Positions 56,501 to 64,000 of a stretch of DNA of 64,000 nt are shown here, piece by piece; position 1 is the first letter of the stretch, and the number at the start of each line of letters is the position of its first letter. The position numbers were made by a program, and so were the translations under genes. The stretch is from Auanema rhodensis (Eukaryota; Animalia; Nematoda). The notes under the pieces are model-generated. The model saw only the letters and a list, made by a program, of their open reading frames with translations. It made no database searches and was not told the DNA's origin. Location of the stretch: the NCBI GenBank assembly GCA_964057225.1, contig OZ059894.1:868001-932000 (forward strand). Reading direction: 5' to 3'.

Positions 56501-59500
56501 CCAAAAACATTTTGACAAAAATTTTTTCGAAAAATTTCAAAATAATTTAGCAAAAAGTAGATGTTTTAAGATTCCTTTTTTCAAGGCAAACACGATGGAC
56601 AATGTTTTTCAACGAAAAAATTAGTTCTTCAGGGTGAAAATCGAGGATATAAGTGTGAACTTATATCAGTTGATATCTCGGTGCATTTTTAAGCTAGCGC
56701 AAATCTGATAACACAGATCGACGCAGCTTAAAAATCCGCATCGAATGCACTATACTACTTTGAGAAACGCTTAATATAAAAATTAGTTATGATCGTTTGA
56801 AAAATGATGCATTAGTGTATGTTGAGTTTCCATGTACACTCAACATTGCTTCCAAAAACATTTTAACAAAAATTTTTTCGAAAAATTTCAAAATAATTTA
56901 GCAAAAAGTAGATGTTTTTAGATTCCTTTTTCTAACGCAAAGACGATGGACAATGTTATTCAACGTAAAAATTAATTCTTCAGGGTGAAAATCGAGGATA
57001 TAAGTGTGAACTTATATCAGTTGATATCTCGGTGCATTTTTAAGCTAGCGCAAATCTGATAACACAGATCGACGCAGCTTAAAAATCCGCATCGAATGCA
57101 CTATACTACATTGAGAAACGCTTAATACAAAAATTAGTTATGATCGTTTGAAAAATGATGCATTAGTGTATGTTGAGTTTCCATGTACACTCAACATTGC
57201 TTCCAAAAACATTTTGACAAAAATTTTTTCGAAAAATTTCAAAATAATTTAGCAAAACGTAGATGTTTTTAGATTCCTTTTTTCAAGGCAAACACGATGG
57301 ACAATGTTTTTCAACGAAAAAATTAGTTCTTCAGGGTGAAAATCGAGGATATAAGTGTGAACTTATATCAGTTGATATCTCGGTGCATTTTTAAGCTAGC
57401 GCAAATCTGATAACACAGATCGACGCAGCTTAAAAATCCGCATCGAATGCACTATACTACTTTGAGAAACGCTTAATACAAAAATTAGTTATGATCGTTT
57501 GAAAAATGATGCATTAGTGTATGTTGAGTTTCCATGTACACTCAACATTGCTTCCAAAAACATTTTGACAAAAATTTTTTCGAAAAATTTCAAAATAATT
57601 TAGCAAAAAGTAGATGTTATAAGATTCCTTTTTTCAAGGCAAACACGATGGACATTGTTTTTCAACGAAAAAATTAGTTCTTCAGGGTGAAAATCGAGGA
57701 TATAAGTGTGAACTTATATCAGTTGATATCTCGGTGCATTTTTAAGCTAGCGCAAATCTGATAACACAGATCGACGCAGCTTAAAAATCCGCATCGAATG
57801 CACTATACTACTTTGAGAAACGCTTAATACAAAAATTAGTTATGATCGTTTGAAAAATGATGCATTAGTGTATGTTGAGTTTCCATGTACACTCAACATT
57901 GCTTCCAAAAACATTTTGACAAAAATTTTTTCGAAAAATTTCAAAATAATTTAGCAAAAAGTAGATGTTATAAGATTCCTTTTTTCAAGGCAAACACGAT
58001 GGACAATGTTTTTCAACGAAAAAATTAGTTCTTCAGGGTGAAAATCGAGGATATAAGTGTGAACTTATATCAGTTGATATCTCGGTGCATTTTTAAGCTA
58101 GCGCAAATCTGATAACACAGATCGACGCAGCTTAAAAATCCGCATCGAATGCACTATACTACTTTGAGAAACGCTTAATATAAAAATTAGTTATGATCGT
58201 TTGAAAAATGATGCATTAGTGTATGTTGAGTTTCCATGTACACTCAACATTGCTTCCAAAAACATTTTGACAAAAATTTTTTCGAAAAATTTCAAAATAA
58301 TTTAGCAAAAAGTAGATGTTTTTAGATTCCTTTTTCTAACGCAAAGACGATGGACGATGTTATTCAACGAAAAAATTAATTCTTCAGGGTGAAAATCGAG
58401 GATATAAGTGTGAACTTATATCAGTTGATATCTCGGTGCATTTTTAAGCTAGCGCAAATCTGATAACACAGATCGATGCAGCTTAAAAATCCGCATCGAA
58501 TGCACTATACTACTTTGAGAAACGCTTAATACAAAAATTAGTTATGATCGTTTGAAAAATGATGCATTAGTGTATGTTGAGTTTCCATGTACACTCAACA
58601 TTGCTTCCAAAAACATTTTGACAAAAATTTTTTCGAAAAATTTCAAAATAATTTAGCAAAAAGTAGATGTTATAAGATTTCTTTTTTCAAGGCAAACACG
58701 ATGGACAATGTTTTTCAACGAAAAAATTAGTTCTTCAGGGTGAAAATCGAGGATATAAGTGTGAACTTATATCAGTTGATATCTCGGTGCATTTTTAAGC
58801 TAGCGCAAATCTGATAACACAGATCGACGCAGCTTAAAAATCCGCATCTAATGCACTATACTACTTTGAGAAACGCTTAATATAAAAATTAGTTATGATC
58901 GTTTGAAAAATGATGCATTAGTGTATGTTGAGTTTCCATGTACACTCAACATTGCTTCCAAAAACATTTTGACAAAAATTTTTTCGAAAAATTTCAAGAT
59001 AATTTAGCAGAAAGTAGATGTTTTTAGATTCCTTTTTCTAACGCAAAGACGATGGACAATGTTATTCAACGAAAAAATTAATTCTTCAGGGTGAAAATCG
59101 AGGATATAAGTGTGAACTTATATCAGTTGATATCTCGGTGCATTTTTAAGCTAGCGCAAATCTGATAACACAGATCGATGCAGCTTAAAAATCCGCATCG
59201 AATGCACTATACTACTTTGAGAAACGCTTAATACAAAAATTAGTTATGATCGTTTGAAAAATGATGCATTAGTGTATGTTGAGTTTCCATGTACACTCAA
59301 CATTGCTTCCAAAAACATTTTGACAAAAATTTTTTCAAAAAATTTCAAAATAATTTAGCGAAAAGTAGATGTTTTTAGATTCCTTTTTTCAAGGCAAAGA
59401 CGATAGACAATGTTATTCAACGAAAAAATTAATTCTTCAGGGTGAAAATCGAGGATATAAGTGTGAACTTATATCAGTTGATATCTCGGTGCATTTTTAA

Positions 59501-62500
59501 GCTAGCGCAAATCTGATAACACAGATCGACGCAGCTTAAAAATCCGCATCGAATGCACTATATTACAGTAAAAAATCTTCAATACAAAAATTAGTTATGA
59601 TCGTTTGAAAAATGATGCATTAGTGTATGTTGAGTTTCCATGTACACTCAACATTGCTTCCAAAAACATTTTGACAAAAATTTTTTCGAAAAATTTCAAA
59701 ATAATTTAGCAAAAAGTAGATGTTTTAAGATTCCTTTTTTCAAGGCAAACACGATGGACAATGTTTTTCAACGAAAAAATTAGTTCTTCAGGGTGAAAAT
59801 CGAGGATATAAGTGTGAACTTATATCAGTTGATATCTCGGTGCATTTTTAAGCTAGCGCAAATCTGATAACACAGATCGACGCAGCTTAAAAATCCGCAT
59901 CGAATGCACTATACTACTTTGAGAAACGCTTAATATAAAAATTAGTTATGATCGTTTGAAAAATGATGCATTAGTGTATGTTGAGTTTCCATGTACACTC
60001 AACATTGCTTCCAAAAACATTTTGACAAAAATTTTTTCGAAAAATTTCAAAATAATTTAGCAAAAAGTAGATGTTTTTAGATTCCTTTTTCTAACGCAAA
60101 GACGATGGACGATGTTATTCAACGAAAAAATTAATTCTTCAGGGTGAAAATCGAGGATATAAATGTGAACTTATATCAGTTGATATCTCGGTGCATTTTT
60201 AAGCTAGCGCAAATCTGATAACACAGATCGATGCAGCTTAAAAATCCGCATCGAATGCACTATACTACTTTGAGAAACGCTTAATACAAAAATTAGTTAT
60301 GATCGTTTGAAAAATGATGCATTAGTGTATGTTGAGTTTCCATGTACACTCAACATTGCTTCCAAAAACATTTTGACAAAAATTTTTTCGAAAAATTTCA
60401 AAATAATTTAGCAAAAAGTAGATGTTTTTAGATTCCTTTTTCTAACGCAAAGACGATGGACGATGTTATTCAACGAAAAAATTAATTCTTCAGGGTGAAA
60501 ATCGAGGATATAAGTGTGAACTTATATCAGTTGATATCTCGGTGCATTTTTAAGCTAGCGCAAATCTGATAACACAGATCGATGCAGCTTAAAAATCCGC
60601 ATCGAATGCACTATACTACTTTGAGAAACGCTTAATACAAAAATTAGTTATGATCGTTTGAAAAATGATGCATTAGTGTATGTTGAGTTTCCATGTACAC
60701 TCAACATTGCTTCCAAAAACATTTTGACAAAAATTTTTTCGAAAAATTTCAAAATAATTTAGCAAAAAGTAGATGTTATAAGATTCCTTTTTTCAAGGCA
60801 AAGACGATAGACAATGTTATTCAACGAAAAAATTAATTCTTCAGGGTGAAAATCGAGGATATAAGTGTGAACTTATATCAGTTGATATCTCGGTGCATTT
60901 TTAAGCTAGCGCAAATCTGATAACACAGATCGACGCAGCTTAAAAATCCGCATCGAATGCACTATATTACAGTAAAAAATCTTCAATACAAAAATTAGTT
61001 ATGATCGTTTGAAAAATGATGCATTAGTGTATGTTGAGTTTCCATGTACACTCAACATTGCTTCCAAAAACATTTTGACAAAAATTTTTTCAAAAAATTT
61101 CAAAATAATTTAGCAAAAAGTAGATGTTTTTAGATTCCTTTTTTCAAGGCAAAGACGATAGACAATGTTATTCAACGAAAAAATTAATTCTTCAGGGTGA
61201 AAATCGAGGATATAAGTGTGAACTTATATCAGTTGATATCTCGGTGCATTTTTAAGCTAGCGCAAATCTGATAACACAGATCGACGCAGCTTAAAAATCC
61301 GCATCGAATGCACTATACTACTTTGAGAAACGCTCAATACAAAAATTAGTTATGATCGTTTGAAAAATGATGCATTAGTGTATGTTGAGTTTCCATGTAC
61401 ACTCAACATTGCTTCCAAAAACATTTTGACAAAAATTTTTTCGAAAAATTTCAAAATAATTTAGCAAAAAGTAGATGTTATAAGATTCCTTTTTTCAAGG
61501 CAAAGACGATAGACAATGTTATTCAACGAAAAAATTAATTCTTCAGGGTGAAAATCGAGGATATAAGTGTGAACTTATATCAGTTGATATCTCGGTGCAT
61601 TTTTAAGCTAGCGCAAATCTGATAACACAGATCGACGCAGCTTAAAAATCCGCATCGAATGCACTATATTACAGTAAAAAATCTTCAATACAAAAATTAG
61701 TTATGATCGTTTGAAAAATGATGCATTAGTGTATGTTGAGTTTCCATGTACACTCAACATTGCTTCCAAAAACATTTTGACAAAAATTTTTTCGAAAAAT
61801 TTCAAAATAATTTAGCAAAAAGTAGATGTTTTTAGATTCCTTTTTCTAACGCAAAGACGATGGACAATGTTATTCAACGAAAAAATTAATTCTTCAGGGT
61901 GAAAATCGAGGATATAAGTGTGAACTTATATCAGTTGATATCTCGGTGCATTTTTAAGCTAGCGCAAATCTGATAACACAGATCGATGCAGCTTAAAAAT
62001 CCGCATCGAATGCACTATACTACTTTGAGGAACGCTTAATACAAAAATTAGTTATGATCGTTTGAAAAATGATGCATTAGTGTATGTTGAGTTTCCATGT
62101 ACACTCAACATTGCTTCCAAAAACATTTTGACAAAAATTTTTTCAAAAAATTTCAAAATAATTTAGCAAAAAGTAGATGTTTTTAGATTTCTTTTTTCAA
62201 GGCAAAGACGATAGACAATGTTATTCAACGAAAAAATTAATTCTTCAGGGTGAAAATCGAGGATATAAGTGTGAACTTATATCAGTTGATATCTCGGTGC
62301 ATTTTTAAGCTAGCGCAAATCTGATAACACAGATCGACGCAGCTTAAAAATCCGCATCGAATGCACTATATTACAGTAAAAAATCTTCAATACAAAAATT
62401 AGTTATGATCGTTTGAAAAATGATGCATTAGTGTATGTTGAGTTTCCATGTACACTCAACATTGCTTCCAAAAACATTTTGACAAAAATTTTTTCAAAAA

Positions 62501-64000
62501 ATTTCAAAATAATTTAGCAAAAAGTAGATGTTTTTAGATTCCTTTTTTCAAGGCAAAGACGATAGACAATGTTATTCAACGAAAAAATTAATTCTTCAGG
62601 GTGAAAATCGAGGATATAAGTGTGAACTTATATCAGTTGATATCTCGGTGCATTTTTAAGCTAGCGCAAATCTGATAACACAGATCGACGCAGCTTAAAA
62701 ATCCGCATCGAATGCACTATATTACAGTAAAAAATCTTCAATACAAAAATTAGTTATGATCGTTTGAAAAATGATGCATTAGTGTATGTTGAGTTTCCAT
62801 GTACACTCAACATTGCTTCCAAAAACATTTTGACAAAAATTTTTTCGAAAAATTTCAAAATAATTTAGCAAAAAGTAGATGTTTTAAGATTCCTTTTTTC
62901 AAGGCAAACACGATGGACAATGTTTTTCAACGAAAAAATTAGTTCTTCAGGGTGAAAATCGAGGATATAAGTGTGAACTTATATCAGTTGATATCTCGGT
63001 GCATTTTTAAGCTAGCGCAAATCTGATAACACAGATCGACGCAGCTTAAAAATCCGCATCGAATGCACTATACTACTTTGAGAAACGCTTAATATAAAAA
63101 TTAGTTATGATCGTTTGAAAAATGATGCATTAGTGTATGTTGAGTTTCCATGTACACTCAACATTGCTTCCAAAAACATTTTGACAAAAATTTTTTCGAA
63201 AAATTTCAAAATAATTTAGCAAAAAGTAGATGTTTTTAGATTCCTTTTTCTAACGCAAAGACGATGGACAATGTTATTCAACGTAAAAATTAATTCTTCA
63301 GGGTGAAAATCGAGGATATAAGTGTGAACTTATATCAGTTGATATCTCGGTGCATTTTTAAGCTAGCGCAAATCTGATAACACAGATCGACGCAGCTTAA
63401 AAATCCGCATCGAATGCACTATATTACAGTAAAAAATCTTCAATACAAAAATTAGTTATGATCGTTTGAAAAATGATGCATTAGTGTATGTTGAGTTTCC
63501 ATGTACACTCAACATTGCTTCCAAAAACATTTTGACAAAAATTTTTTCGAAAAATTTCAAAATAATTTAGCAAAAAGTAGATGTTTTAAGATTCCTTTTT
63601 TCAAGGCAAACACGATGGACAATGTTTTTCAACGAAAAAATTAGTTCTTCAGGGTGAAAATCGAGGATATAAGTGTGAACTTATATCAGTTGATATCTCG
63701 GTGCATTTTTAAGCTAGCGCAAATCTGATAACACAGATCGACGCAGCTTAAAAATCCGCATCGAATGCACTATACTACTTTGAGAAACGCTTAATATAAA
63801 AATTAGTTATGATCGTTTGAAAAATGATGCATTAGTGTATGTTGAGTTTCCATGTACACTCAACATTGCTTCCAAAAACATTTTAACAAAAATTTTTTCG
63901 AAAAATTTCAAAATAATTTAGCAAAAAGTAGATGTTTTTAGATTCCTTTTTCTAACGCAAAGACGATGGACAATGTTATTCAACGTAAAAATTAATTCTT
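53564..64000. repeat. 20-monomer (7020-bp) period segmental duplication in array B: about 53564-56980 is repeated at about 60584-64000
   Basis: The TTACAGTAAAAAATCTTC block at 53947, 54649, 55351, 55702, 56404 recurs at +7020, as do TTTGAGGAAC (55010/62030), CGCTCAATAC, ACGTAAAAAT and TTTTAACAAA. Confidence 0.88.

Larger units (their letters stand above)
38619..64000. repeat. Satellite array B: head-to-tail 351-bp monomer (72 full copies plus one partial; one 352-bp and six 350-bp units); continues beyond the right edge
   Basis: Monomer ACAAAAATTTTTTCGAAAAATTTCAAAATAATTTAGC...CTTCCAAAAACATTTTG restarts at 38619, 38970, 39322, 39673 ... 50899 ... 63886. The 352-bp unit has an extra base near 39186. 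The 350-bp units read AAAAACCGC instead of AAAAATCCGC (units starting 44587, 45639, 47042, 47743, 48795, 49496). GC ~32%. Confidence 0.99.

Noticed and set aside
1-64000. CRISPR array
   Set aside because: No unique spacers: whole 176- and 351-bp units are repeated, and there are no cas genes.
38619-64000. Assignment to a named satellite (Drosophila 1.688/359-bp, Tribolium ~350-360-bp, chironomid telomeric repeats), or of array A to alpha-satellite/CEN178
   Set aside because: Only lengths and AT-richness are similar. I do not recognise sequence identity and cannot run a database search.

Overview
The window is entirely non-coding, AT-rich (~32% GC by hand count of one monomer of each family) tandem satellite DNA of eukaryotic type. 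It holds two different arrays joined directly with no spacer. Array A (1-38619) has a 176-bp monomer: about 216 full copies, extremely homogeneous, plus 7 partial or rearranged copies, all in the last ~5 kb. Array B (38619-64000) has a 351-bp monomer: 72 full copies plus one partial, more diverged, with clear subfamilies and higher-order repeats (HORs). I found no credible protein-coding gene, RNA gene, CRISPR array or transposon; the single listed ORF arises from one SNP removing a stop codon. The notable signals are: a microhomology junction at almost the same monomer position where array A is repeatedly truncated; a near-exact 1:2 monomer length ratio with short collinear shared motifs; phased E-boxes (CACGTG) and dyad symmetries in A; a chain of hairpins in B; and SNP-defined nascent HORs and segmental duplications in both. 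I cannot name the satellite families or the organism from sequence alone. Functional (centromere, telomere, ncRNA) readings are hypotheses, and I see no evidence of a gene-encoded novel system.
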